In this document: positions 50,208 through 62,059 of the stretch, in pieces
How positions within the stretch are numbered: position 1 is the stretch's first letter
How the letters are laid out: each line of letters begins with the position of its first letter
NCBI RefSeq assembly: GCF_964188315.1
Contig: NC_135658.1
Span: 80,104,001-80,168,000 of the forward strand
Length of the DNA: 64,000 bases
Direction: 5' to 3'
DNA from: Podarcis muralis
Lineage: Eukaryota
Notes under the pieces: generated by a model
The model's database searches: none
What the model was told of the DNA's origin: nothing
What the model saw: only the letters and a program-made list of their open reading frames with translations
Position numbers and translations under genes: made by a program

Positions 50208-50676
50208 AATCTTAAACAAGTTCCTCCTTGCTGGGTTTAAAAAGATGAATAGGGGATTATTGAGAAGCTTAATTTTGAAACAAAAATCACTGCAACGATG
50301 CACAACTTTTGTGTTGTCTTTCTTGAGGCTGCATAATGGTACACAGGAGGAGTGAACGATGAAATAGACCAGTTTTCACCCAAACTTTATTATCTAAAAG
50401 TATGCGCCAGCATGAAAGGCAAAAGCAGCAGAGGAAAAGTCAATGCAATTGCTGGGCACAACCCCTTTTCTATTTTAGATGCAGAGAGATTGGGATGAAG
50501 CTCAATGGAGTTATACTTCCCATTCACTTTTTGACATACATGATCTGCAACATCAAGCCACGTGTGTTGACCTTACTGGTGTTATCTGTAGAATGCAATC
50601 AACCTTCCTTTTCCCTTGATTCTCTTACTTCTTCCAGCCTCTTTTCATTCACCGTAACTAATATTTCCGTAATGCT

Positions 50677-50839
50677 AAAGGTAAAGGAACCCCTGACTGT
50701 TAGGTCCAGTCGCAGACGACTCTGGGCTTGCGGCGCTCATCTCGCTTTACTGGCCAAGGGAGCCAGTGTACAGCTTCCGGGTCATGTGGCCAGCATGACT
50801 AAGCCACTTCTGGCGAAGCAGAGCAGCACACGGAAACGC
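50677..50839 (-). mobile_element. 5'-truncated Sauria SINE
   Basis: Tail AAAGGTAAAGG plus the 3' half of the body. Confidence 0.88.
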
Positions 50840-51047
50840 AGTACTCCCCTTTAAATATGTGGGTTATCAAAACCAGGCATGATACTCATCATGAGACATC
50901 ACTTGTGCATTCTATAATAATATTAGAATTATCTTATGCTTAAGCTGAAATGTCATGTTTAATATATCTAAGATTTGCCTCTTTTTTTTGTTTGTTTGTT
51001 GCAAGCGATTCATACTTCATGGTCATATTGCAATTGACCATGATGCC

Positions 51048-51051
<4 letters not shown>

Positions 51052-51089
<38 letters not shown>
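51052..51089. repeat. (CT)n microsatellite
   Basis: Direct reading. Confidence 0.95.
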
Positions 51090-51091
<2 letters not shown>

Positions 51092-51839
51092 ATGTGCTGA
51101 AGTGTTTTCAGCTGATTCCAAACGTGCTTCTCCTTTGTCTTTCATTCTATTTCTGTTAAGCCAGCTCATGAATCATGAGGTCATCCAACCTAGTGTTTTT
51201 TTGTAGCTTTCACCAACATGCTGCTCCATCTCTCCTCAAGGTCACATATAAAAAACATTGAAGTGAATGAGATTCAAGAGTCTGCCTTTACTGGTTGCTT
51301 TCCTCAATTGTGAGAAGTTCCCCCTCTCCTTCGTAAAGCCCTTTGTCATATTCTCCTTCTGGTAAAAGCTCTGAGAAAGGGTAAGTGCAGTTTGACTTTA
51401 GGTCTGTCACTTCTGCACCTCTGCCCCTCAAATAGGCTAAATCACTAATTCACTGCATGTTCAGGGACATCAACACCCACAACTCTCCATCTACAAGAGC
51501 GATCTCTTAAATGGAAGAGCCATCTCCTCTGTTAAAATGAATAGGGCAGTCAGTAGGCATCAAAGTGAGACTCAGATGCAGATGAGAACAAAGGCAGGGT
51601 TCCAAATCCAGAGCTCTTAGTCTACGAAATACTTAACATACAACATTGACTTTCTGAATGGCAGGCATTTGCTCGGTTTTATAAGGTACAATAAACAAAG
51701 GCACAAATAGAATTAATGCATTATTGACCCTCGCCACCTCTCAGAACAATGTGAATTGCTATATGATTTGGGTGGATCTCTAAGGGATGCTCATCTGTGT
51801 TGTCCGGAATGGCTGAACCTTCAGAAAGTAGCAAAGGAA

Positions 51840-52015
51840 CAGGGGTGCCAACTTGAATAAAATATTGGGGGGGGGGGGAGAGAGATAAGCCCCGCATAAT
51901 CAATCACATGATGCAGTGCACGCAATGTTCATCAACTTTGGGGGGAGGCCTTGCCCCTTCAAATATTTTATTGTCGGGGTGAAGATCCCTCAGCCCCCAG
52001 GAGTTGGCTCCTATG
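51840..52015. mobile_element. hAT-type MITE
   Basis: CAGGGGTGCCAACT...AGTTGGCTCCTATG. Flanks CAAAGGAA and GTAAGGAA match at 6 of 8 positions. Confidence 0.65.
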
Positions 52016-52115
52016 GTAAGGAAGGCATTTTCAGTTGATCTCAATGGGCACTATGGTACAAAAAGAAGGAAGACCACCTCAGAGGCCCACAGACTTAAAA
52101 CCATTAACACCCCAC

Positions 52116-52410
52116 CTAACACTAGAATGCAAGGGTCATCCAATGAAACCGAATGGTGGAAGATTCAAACATAATAACTTCTTTACACGGTACATAGTTA
52201 AACTATGGAATTTGCTCCCACAACATATAGTGATGACCACTAATCTGGATGACTGTAAAATGGGAATTAGACAAACTGATGGAGGATAAGGCAACACCTT
52301 TTATTTGGGAATGTGAGGAAGAGAGTGTCCTGCTTGTGGGCTTCTGGAGAAAGCCCTGGGTTTAAAAGACCATGGGGCAGACAGGAGTGAAGCCTGCTGG
52401 CTCAGTCCAA
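52116..52410 (+). mobile_element. CR1 LINE 3' fragment
   Basis: Translation KGHPMKPNGGRF...FFTRYIVKLWNLLPQHIVMTTNLD. Confidence 0.85.
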
Positions 52411-54100
52411 TTCACCCTATGAGTGGGGCCAGCATCACAGCCTATTGGTCAATTGTGCAGACAGGCTCCAATCTACTTCCTGGGCCTGGGTGAAGCCGAA
52501 AAGAGTTCACCCAGGCCTGGGAAAACCCCTTGCCTCCAGCTCATTCTCCGGATCCTGGCGGATGCTGGCACCATCCCACAAAGGTGCCTGACCAAAGTGT
52601 GTGAATAGGGCCTAAAAAGTTGTCCCTTGGTAGGTGAAGCCACCATAAATGTATGGTGTGAATATGACCTAAAAAGTCTATAATGCACCCCAAACATTAA
52701 AAACACAGACTGTTGCATACCACAATGAACACTTTAGGCAAATATAGTGGGCAGGGTTAAATACATCTTTGATCTGATCCAGGTCATATAGGTCCTGTTC
52801 ATATAGATGAAAAGCAGCATCCTGAATGATGGCTGGAAGGCTGTTTGGAGATGGTGGATTCTTCAGAATGAAGGATATCACTCTGAAGATCTAATGCCAT
52901 TCAAAATTGTCTTAATGCAGCAAGGGAGATAGGCAAGGGTGAACATCAACAGTGCAGGTGCATATCTGGAAGGGCAGCATGCACCGTTGTTAGCTAGTAG
53001 TTACATGCTGGTTGTTGCATGCACTGAGTTGGTGGACTGGAAACCAGTGTCTTCAGCCTAGCGTTTGACTGATTTTAAAAAACAAAACAAAAAATATAGT
53101 TGGGCATACATCAAAGTCTTCTTTTACCGCATTGACTTCAAATCAGTCAGTGTCAAACCATTGGGCTCATCATATACTGGATGGAAGAAGTATAGGAAAC
53201 AAGCCCCTGGCTTCCCACCTCCCTTCATCATACGGGAAATGGTGCTAAGTCTAAGCTCTGACACTGCAGCAGCTGAAGGGTCCTTCAGTTCTGAACACCT
53301 TCTTCTACAATGCTCCGGGCCTTTGAACTACTGCTTTTAAATAGGCTTGTTGAATTAATGAATAATTTTGCCAGGTGTCAGAGCACATGAAGGAGCTACC
53401 AGCTACAGACCTAGGTTGATCCGTGCTTATTTTTATACGAGTAGATATTACGTTAGTGTAAGATAAAAGGCCTGGCTCATCCCCATGTCTTTAATATGGC
53501 TGAAATGGCAGGAGTAGTCAAAAACTTTGAACAAATGCCCCATGTGATGTTTACAAGAACCTAGAAAGGCAAATTGCTGCTCTAAAAATTACACTAATTA
53601 AGCACGTTGCTTAGGTAATAGGCACTAACCTAGCAATAATAATAGGATGTACCAATTTGCCTCCTTCCCTGATAAAACTATGGGTGCCTGTGACACCAGG
53701 AAATATGAAAATGGGCCCATCTGAACTATTTTGTTCAGGTCAGTCTCTTTTATGTGCTTTAATCTTTAGGCTACCTTTATCTCAAATTGGTTCTCAAAGC
53801 ATCTCACAAAAGCAAAAGTATATATATAAATATATAAAAACATGCATGACAAAATCCAAAACAATACTGTATAATTAAAAGAGCAGATACAAGCCGCAGT
53901 TAAAATATGGGAGATGGCAAATAACAACTTAAAGCTGGAGAGTGGAACCTGTGGTCCTCTGGATGCTCCTATTCCCATCCACATGTGCTAACATACATGT
54001 GCATGTATGTGAGGGCAGGGCCAACTCAAAGACAAGAAGGTGCCTTCCCACATACGCAGAAACTAGCTGGACTGGCTGTTGAATCTTAGGCCACATTCTT

Positions 54101-54357
54101 CTTGTTGTTGTTTAGTTGTGTCCAACTCTTCATGACCCCATGGACCAGAGCATGCCAGGCACTCCTGTCTTCCACTGCCTCCCGCAGTTTGGTCAAACTC
54201 ATGCTGCTAGCTTCGAGAACACTGTCGAACCATCTCGTCCTCTGTCATTACCTTCTCCTTGTGCCCTCAATCTTTCCCTTTTCCAGGGAGTCTTCTCTTC
54301 TCATGAGGTGGCCAAAGTATTGGAGCCTCAGCTTCACGATCTGTCCTTCCAGTGAGC
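54101..54357 (-). mobile_element. BovB (RTE clade) LINE 3' fragment
   Basis: Typical BovB 3' sequence with (CAA)n tail. Perfect 13-bp TSD AGGCCACATTCTT at 54088-54100 and 54358-54370. Confidence 0.92.
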
Positions 54358-54605
54358 AGGCCACATTCTTACCACACTTTTAAACCACTATGATACCAGT
54401 TTAAACAGTTGTGGTGTTCTCCAAAGAATTCTGGGAGCTACAGTTCTCAGAAAGGTTTACCAACCCCTCTGTACAGAGAACTCTGAACACTGTAGCTCTG
54501 TGAGGGGAATAGAGGCCTCCTAGCAACTTTCAGCACCCTTAACCAACTACTGTTCCCAGGACTCTTGTGGGGGGAAAGCCATGACTATTGAAAGTGCTAT
54601 CACTG

Positions 54606-55131
54606 TTGGCATCCGTCTGTCTCGGGAAACAATGGAGGAGCGTGCCTTTCAGGGTGAAGTCGGTAGAGACCAGTATGGGAGAGATATGTTTTGTTGCAGA
54701 TGAAGGCATCTGGTTGTGCTACTGCAGATGCACCTGCCATTTCTTCTCTCTGGTTCATTCCTCTTCTGGTCACTGCTGTGGATACATGACCTGAGCGCCT
54801 GTCTCCAGGCACTGTGGTCATCTGTAAGGGGTTCCTACACAGTAGGGTTGATGTTGCCAGCCTTGATGTCACGTTTGTAGACATCAAGACAGAGTTGGTC
54901 TGTCAACAGGCCTAGTTTCCTTAGGCTAGCTCCCTGTAGAGCAGGTCCGTGGGGATCCTGCCATCTTCCATTCTGTGGACATAACGAAGCCAGTAGATGC
55001 CGCTGAGACAGGAGTGCAAACACACTGGGAATGTTGGCTTGGGAGAGCACATCTTTGCATGAAATTCTGGATACCCAAAATTTTCCTGACGCAGCACATG
55101 TGGAAGGCATTGATGCATCAATCCTGACGGT
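54606..55131 (-). mobile_element. RTE-clade LINE 3' fragment (non-BovB)
   Basis: Frameshifted translations KDVLSQANIPSVFALLSQR and WLRYVHRMEDGRIPTDLLYRELA. The 3' end is GAGACAGACGGATGCCAA. Confidence 0.88.
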
Positions 55132-55951
55132 TGTACACACTTTAAATGTGTGGTGTGAATATGGCCTAAAAAGTTGTCACTTGGTAGGTGAGGCCAACTT
55201 AATGGCATGCACTCTTGTACATAAACTTTGATTTTTACTTAGCAAGCAAAAGGTCTATAATGCCCCCCAAGCTTTAAAAACACAGACTGTTGCATACCAC
55301 AATGAACACTTTAGGCAAATATAGTGGGCAAGACTGCAAGCACTGCCCCCCTCCCCTGCTTGCTATTCCACTGCTAACAACTGAATGGATAAATAAAGCC
55401 TAGCCAACCCTCCATAGGAACAAACTATGTTTAAAAACATCTCCCCTTCTCATTGGTAAACACGGTGTCTACTAATATATATTGAGAAAATTAGTGTTTT
55501 CATGCAACGTTTTATGGTACATTACCTAAACTCAATAAGAAACTTACACTCAGTGTTTCATTGCTAGCAGTGGATCACAATGTTTCACCACCAACTATGG
55601 GTGTCACAGTAATAATTTGACAGGCAATAAAAAGAGAATAAAGCTCTTTGGTGCAATTTTTATAGTCTATTCTCCACAGTTCCATTCACCGAAGTGGAAG
55701 AAATGAAGACGTACTGCCTAACCAGTATGTTTACATGCATCTAACTAGATATTTTCCCTCTCAAAGATTAATTGAATTACTTATATAAATAAAAATACCT
55801 CAGTTGCAGTAACCAGATGGTATGAGATTTTAAGCCGTAGCCATGCTACTTGTACATAACAGATTTTTGTGGGGGGTTTTAATGATCCAAAACATCAAGA
55901 AAGAAGTTGGGGTGTGTGTGTGGCAGGGGAGAAATCTTATTTATTTATTTA

Positions 55952-56126
55952 GGAAGGTAAACGGTGTTTCCGTGTGCTGCTCTGGTTCTCCAGAAGCGGC
56001 TTAGTCATACTGGCCCCATGACCCGGAAGCTGTACACCGGCTCCCTCGGCCAATAAAGCGAGATGAGCGCCGCAACCCCAGAGTCGGTCACGACTGGACC
56101 TAATGGTCAGGGGTCCCTTTACCTTT
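55952..56126 (+). mobile_element. 5'-truncated Sauria SINE
   Basis: 3' half of the body plus GGGGTCCCTTTACCTTT tail. Confidence 0.88.
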
Positions 56127-56809
56127 AAGTAAGTAAAAATGCTGTTTCTCTGTTACTCACATTTAAGATTCTTTACATAGTTATCAAGACTTGCGCAAAA
56201 TATGTATCCTAGCAAAATGTTAGCTATCATATCTATCACCTGCTGCCAGTCTGCAAGGTCCTTTCATTCATTTATTGTGCTGCTGTGATGTCACAGAATG
56301 CCACCCCAACAGGTATGAAGGGGAATCTAACCATCTTTGCCCAGGGAAAGCCCAATTACATTCACTCTCTGCTCTACTGCTATTTGTCTCAAACAATAGA
56401 GTTCTCACTGTTGGTGTATTAGTGAACTATCCCCTGGCTCAGCTTACCATTCACAATTATCTTCTTTTATTAATTTCCATGACTGTAGAAGCAACAATGC
56501 ACAGAGCACATGAACAGCCTGTGAAGATCTGATGCTATGACGGAAAGCTGTCTGTACACAAATCTTGACAGGATTCCTTAGAATCAACAGCAGCAGCAGA
56601 AGTGCTAACAACATAGGTGCCTTTGGGATGTAGGGTGGGATAAGAAAAATAAATAAACTTTGATTGTAAGAGGAAAACACAGGCATGAATTGAAATTGTC
56701 TTAGACAAGAGTACCTGAAAGTGCTCTTACTGTCTTACCACATGATTACCACATAACACTGGCCTCTGATGAAGATCTCACTTGTAAAGTAGATATGTAA
56801 ACTACTTTA

Positions 56810-57016
56810 CAGCGGTACCTCTGGTTACGAGCTTAATTCGTTCTAGAGGTCCGTTCTTAAGCTGAAACTGTTCTTATCCTGAAGTGCGCTTTCGCTAATG
56901 GGGCCTCGGCCCGCGGTTTCTGTTCGCATCCTGGGGCAAAGTTCACAACCAGGAGCAGCTACTTCCGGGTTAGTGGAGCTTGTAACCAGAAGCGTTCGTA
57001 ACCAGAGGTACCACTG
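56810..57016. mobile_element. Tc1/mariner (Tigger-like) MITE
   Basis: TA|CAGCGGTACCTCTGGTTACG...CGTAACCAGAGGTACCACTG|TA. Confidence 0.9.
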
Positions 57017-57042
57017 TATAGGTGAGATCTTCATCAGATGTC

Positions 57043-57200
57043 AGTGCTATGTTGTGGTTGGGGTGTTGGACTAGGTCTACTGAGGAGATCCAGGTTTTTT
57101 TCTTACTCAGCCATGAAGCTTGCTCAGTGACCTTGGTCCAGGCACTATCTCACAGCTAAGCTACCTTACAGGGTTGTCAGGAGGATAAAACGAAGGCAGG
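57043..57200 (+). mobile_element. Old CORE/MIR-like SINE
   Basis: Decayed A/B boxes and CAGTGACCTTGGTCCAG...CTACCTTACAGGGTTGT core. Confidence 0.55.
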
Positions 57201-57713
57201 GGCATGCACAACACCAGGTGTAGCTGGTTTATAAAAGCAAAACAGGCAGCAACCCATCAACAGCAGTCAGCTGCTTGCCCCCAGCAGTCCCCAGTTTCCT
57301 CCTTAGTGGCATAATCTGAGCCCAACTCCCCTTCTCTTCTCCTACATTATTATCACTCACTCTCTGCCTGTCTTCCTGCTTGGAGTTGGCATTGTAGTGA
57401 CTTGTCTCCCCATAACTCTTCAGAAGGAAAGAGAGATAGAGAGAGAGCAAGCAACTTTTTTCAAGCATTTCCCCAAAGAAAAAGGTTTGTTCAGGCAAGG
57501 TGACAGGACCCACTGGTCCTCCAGATAGCCTTCTTTCCTTGGCATTACAAACACCTAGCCAACCAGGACACAGTTATTTGCTGCAATTTGCATAAATTGG
57601 TTCATTCCAGCCAACCCCCACAACCAATCCACTGCAAGCCTACATGATAATCCCCTCAACTGGTGTCCCTGGTCCAATCAGAATTCATTCAGGATGCTTT
57701 CAACCAATTACAT

Positions 57714-57754
57714 TGCTGCTGCTGCTGGTGCTGCTGCTGCTGCTGCTGCTGCTG
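57714..57754. repeat. (CTG)n trinucleotide repeat with one interruption
   Basis: Direct reading. No exon context is evident. Confidence 0.9.
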
Positions 57755-57877
57755 TAATTCTGTTCTGAGAGAGAGGAGTTTAGCCCAGTGTTTCCCAACC
57801 GGTGTTCCGCGGCACACCAGTGTGCCGTGAGAACTTGCCTGGTGTGCCGTGGGAGGGAGGCGGGAGAGGCGGGGCGG

Positions 57878-58460
57878 CCCCGTGCTTCGCGCAGCTGTCC
57901 GCAAGCCTTGGGTGCCTGGGGGAACTCCCCCCCCGCGCGCGCAAGGCTTGCGGGCGGCAGCCTGCAGCGCGGAGCGCGGGGCGCCCTTTGGAGGACGCCC
58001 CGTGCTTCGCGCAGCTGTCCGCAAGCCTTGGGCGCCTGGGGGAACTCCCCCCCCGGCGCGCAAGGCTTGCGGGCGGCAGCCTGGAGCGCGGGGCGCCCTT
58101 TGGAAGACGCCCCGTGCTTTGCGCAGCTGTCCGCAAGCCTTGGGCGCCTGGGGGAACTCACCCCCCGGCGCGCAAGGCTTGCGGGCGGCAGCCTGCAGCG
58201 CGGAGCGCGGGGCGCCCTTTGGAGGACGCCCCGTGCTTCGCGCAGCTGTCCGCAAGCCTTGGGCGCCTGGGGGAACTCCCCCCCCCCCGGCGTGCAAGGC
58301 TTGCGGGCTGCAGCGCGGAGCGCAGGGCGTCCTTCGGAGGACGCCCCGTTCTTCGCGCAGCTGTCCGCAAGCCTTGCGCGCCCAGGGGAACTCCCCCCCG
58401 CGTGCACGGCTTGCGGGCGGCAGCCAGCAGCGCGGAGCACGGGGCGCCCTCCGTAGGAGG
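57878..58460. repeat. GC-rich minisatellite A, about 5 units of 112-120 bp
   Basis: Anchor GCAGCTGTCC at 57891, 58011, 58123, 58242 and 58357. Confidence 0.92.
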
Positions 58461-58850
58461 CTGCGGAGGGTGGCGCGGAGCTGCCCGCGCTCCAGGGCTT
58501 CTTGCAGCTCCGCGCCACCCCCGGATCCCGGTGCGAAGCCGCGCGGGGCTGCGGAGGGTGGCACGGAGCTGCCTGCGCTCCAGGGCTTCTTGCAGCTCCG
58601 CGCCACCCCCCGGATCCCGGCGCGAAGCCGCGCGGGGCTCCGGAGGGTGGCGCGGAGCTACCTGGGCTCCAGGGCTTCCTGCAGCTCTGCACCACCCTCT
58701 GGATCCTGGCGCGAAGCCGCGCGGGGCTCCGGAGGGTGGTGCGAAGCTGCCTGCGCTCCAGGGCTTCTTGCAGCTCCGCGCCACCCCCCGGATCCCAGCG
58801 CGAAGCCGCACGGGGCTCTGGAGGGTAGCGCAGAGCTGCCTGCATCCCGA
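58461..58850. repeat. GC-rich minisatellite B, about 4.5 units of 88-89 bp
   Basis: Anchor GGAGGGT at 58465, 58553, 58642, 58731 and 58820. Confidence 0.92.
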
Positions 58851-60553
58851 AGCCTGGTGCGCGCTGAAGAGCGCCCCCGGGCTTCACGCACCTCTCCGCA
58901 AGCCTGGGGAGACCAGTGTGGCTCCCTAGGCTTGCGGATATCAGGCTGTTCTGGGGGCTGGGGTCGGGGGAAGCTTGGGCTTCCCCCGCGCCTGCCCCGT
59001 GCCTGGGGAGGGGAAAAAATTTTTTTTCTTTATTCTCCCCCCAAAAAATTAGGTGCGTCTTATGGGGCGGTGCGTCCTATGGGGCGAAAAATATGGTAGT
59101 CAATATAGGCACAGAGTTAAATTTTTTAACATTTTCTAATGGTGGTGTGCCTCGAGATTTTTTTCATGAAACAAGTGTGCCTTTGCCCAAAAAAGGTTGG
59201 GAAACACTGGTTTAGCCCACACACCTCATCAGAGATTGGGCAGGATGTAGGAGGAAGGTTGTGCTGCTTTGGTTGAAAGACAGTATTGTTGGGTTGCTAT
59301 GCTGTGCTGAGAGAAAAGATCTTCCTTCCTTTCTTGCAATGCAGTGCAGAAAAGCTCTTCCCTACCTCTGGGATTCTCTATTTCTGCCCACTTCCAGACC
59401 CTAGAGTTGCTCTTTTTCTCCCCAACCCCTTGCCACTAGATAAACTCTGTTTCTTTGTGTGTCGAGTTTATCTCCACTTGCTGTTAGCTGCCCTGTGTTT
59501 TGCCTCACCAGCTGTAGTGTTCAGCTGCTGCCACTGTGACAGTCTTAATTTCTCGGAGAAAAGAAGGGCTATAAATATATATAATAAGTAAATATTTGGA
59601 AGCAAGTTTTCATATTGAACAGTGGGGCTTGCTGCATGTGGAATTGGGCAAATCAGGAAGCGTGTGAAAGCATAAGGGGAGGAGATATGGGCTCCTGTTA
59701 TATTTATTAGAATGGTCACATTTGAAAGGGGAATTTGAATGCGTAGCATGAAATCTAGTAAGTAGCACTTTTTAAACTTAGCATTTGGTCTCACTGTCCT
59801 AAGATAAATATATGTTTTGTAAGGAAGAAGTTTTATTTTGCCACGGAAAATATACTACATGACAAATACTTAAAAATAAATAAAAATAATGCACAATTAG
59901 GTTGGCAAGCCCAATCAATAGAGGAAATGAATGCTTTGCCTATCAAACCATTCCACCAAATGTTAGGAAACTAATATTGGCAGGCATAAAAACGAACACT
60001 CAGATACTGATTTGCACATGAGAAACTGCAAATGCAGAACTTCTCAAAACGTAGCATGGAGGCAGTGTGTGTGCATGCGCCATCAGACTTCAAAGAGATC
60101 AGCAGAGAGCAAAAGACGGTCAAAACCACAGCATGACATGCAAGACATAAGCTTCCTTAAAAGGGAGAGCGCCATCTCCAAACCATTAGCAGCAAAGGGG
60201 CCCCAGAAACGAAAAAGTGGCTGGTGGAGGAAAGAAAACAAGTGGACCGAGTTAGCAATGAAATATTAGTGGAATCAGCAATCTAGAAACAGATACTGGA
60301 AACTGAAGTTGTGTAATACCCAATATACAGATTTAAATCACATACTTCAGAGCCAATAGCCACCACATGACACCAACTTGCAGTGCTGCAGTCCAGGGTG
60401 ACTCAAGAGTTTTTGTTTTGTTTTAAATGGGATTTTTTAAAATTAAAAATAAACAAACACCAGCAAATCAGATTTGTCTTCCAAGTCTCAAGAATCCCTT
60501 TGCCTCATACGGCTTTGTTCTATGTTGTTTGTTACATATCAAATCCTCTACAC

Positions 60554-60809
60554 CAAGGGTCAGCAAACTTTTTCAACAGGGGGTTGGTCCACTGTCCCTT
60601 AGACCTTGTGGGGGGCTGGACTATATTTTGAAAAATAACATAAAAATGAACGAATTCCTATGCCCCACAAATAACCCGGAGATGCATTTTAAATAAAAGG
60701 ACACATTCTACTCATGTAAAAACATGGTGATTCCCGGACCATCTGCAGGCCAGATTTAGAAGGCGATTGGGCTGGATCCGGCCCCTGGGCCTTAGTTTGC
60801 CTACCCATG
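60554..60809. mobile_element. hAT-type MITE, same family as 6032-6357
   Basis: CAAGGGTCAGCAAAC...TTTGCCTACCCATG. Flanks CTCTACAC and CTGTCCAC match at 6 of 8 positions. Confidence 0.85.
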
Positions 60810-61841
60810 CTGTCCACAGCAGCAGGTGAGTCTGGATGCTGCCATGCAGTTTCAGAAAAGCAAAAAAGGGGAGGGAACAGATGTCTTCACAGCCCCGTTG
60901 TTAGCCAGCTGTAGACGATACCCACACTAAATGCAGCCACTGTACCTGTGCATGCCTTTCTGGCAACTACAAAATAAATAAATAGGACCAGTATGCATGT
61001 GCTCGTCACTGGACGACATAGGTTGGGATCTTGGCTGATGAAGGTTTAAAATAGGCTTTCTTGGTCACTTTCTCATAGACAGATGAACATACCCCTGTGA
61101 CCACACATACAGATCTTTCACTGTTAACAGCACAAGAAATCCCACTCTGGTGCAGAGCTCCACTTGCCGAAGCCAGCAATGGGAGCCCTGTGTTTGCATA
61201 GGTACCGGTAAATTGCAAATAGGTTTTACAATTCAGGAAAAGATTTAATGACCTCAAATTTTTTTCTGGAGTTCACCCACTGGGTGTAATGTGAGAAGCC
61301 CTGGTATGTGACAAATCTGATCCTCTAGTGTACTGAAGTAGTGCTGGAGATGATGCAGGCTCTGTGGGCTTCTCCAGAAGATCTGTTTACTTAATATTCA
61401 CCCTGATTTGTTCACACAAAGCTTATGCAGTGGTTAGAGTATGTCAGGTTTTTATCAAGCATTTATCTTCGTTTGTTTATGGGCAGTTACTGCACATGAC
61501 AATGAACATTCATCCTGCATTCATGTTAATTTGCTTGTTGGGTGCTTATATATCATTCATTCATTCCATACCGCTCAAGGCATTTCCCCATCACTTTCCA
61601 AACTGCAAAAAGCCCAGTCTTACTTTTAAAGTGGAGGTTGCCCATGTGTTCTACTTTACATGGTTAATAGTTTTTTAATAGTGCATTGCCCTGGAGGGAA
61701 AAGGAACAACTCCAAATAATTATGACTTTTGTAAATAAAAGAGTAAGTGTGCAGTCCTAACTTGGCCAACTGAGAGGTAAGTCCTGTTGACTTACTCCCA
61801 GGTAAGTAGGGTTAGGATTCCAGAATTAGGCCAGTCCTCTA

Positions 61842-62059
61842 CAGTGGTACCTCAGGTTAAGAACTTAATTCGTTCCGGAGGTCCGTTCTTAACCTGAAAC
61901 TGTTCTTAACCTGGAGCACCACTTTAGCTAATGGGGCCTCCCACTGCTGCTGTGCGATTTCTGTTCTCATCCTGAAGCAAAGGTACTATTTCTGGGTTAG
62001 TGGAGTCTGTAACCTGAAGCGTTTGTAACCTGAAGCATCTGTAACCCAAGGTACCACTG
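61842..62059. mobile_element. Tc1/mariner (Tigger-like) MITE, same family as 17400-17625
   Basis: TA|CAGTGGTACCTCAGG...AAGGTACCACTG|TA. Confidence 0.92.

Larger units (their letters stand above)
54089..55166. mobile_element. PIF/Harbinger-type MITE interrupted by BovB and RTE insertions
   Basis: Left TIR GGCCACATTC, body at 54371-54605 and right TIR CTTTAAATGTGTGGTGTGAATATGGCC at 55140-55166. Flanks are TTA and TAA. Confidence 0.7.
57786..59209. mobile_element. Non-autonomous hAT element carrying GC-rich minisatellite cargo
   Basis: Perfect 15-bp TIR CAGTGTTTCCCAACC/GGTTGGGAAACACTG. Perfect 8-bp TSD GTTTAGCC at 57778-57785 and 59210-59217. Confidence 0.93.

Noticed and set aside
51375-51390. 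Perfect plus-strand donor AGG|GTAAGT
   Set aside because: It is an isolated motif with no convincing upstream acceptor or coding frame.
56766-56800. CTGATGA hammerhead-like core (also at ~624, ~4024, ~24494 and ~61036)
   Set aside because: There is no stem II followed by GAAA and a GUH site.
57714-57754. PolyQ/polyA-encoding CTG/CAG tract
   Set aside because: There are no flanking splice signals or recognisable protein context, so it is treated as a microsatellite.
57689-59215. Long ORFs (up to 416 aa) on both strands
   Set aside because: They result from stop-poor GC-rich tandem repeats inside a transposon. They are open in many frames and have no domain signature.
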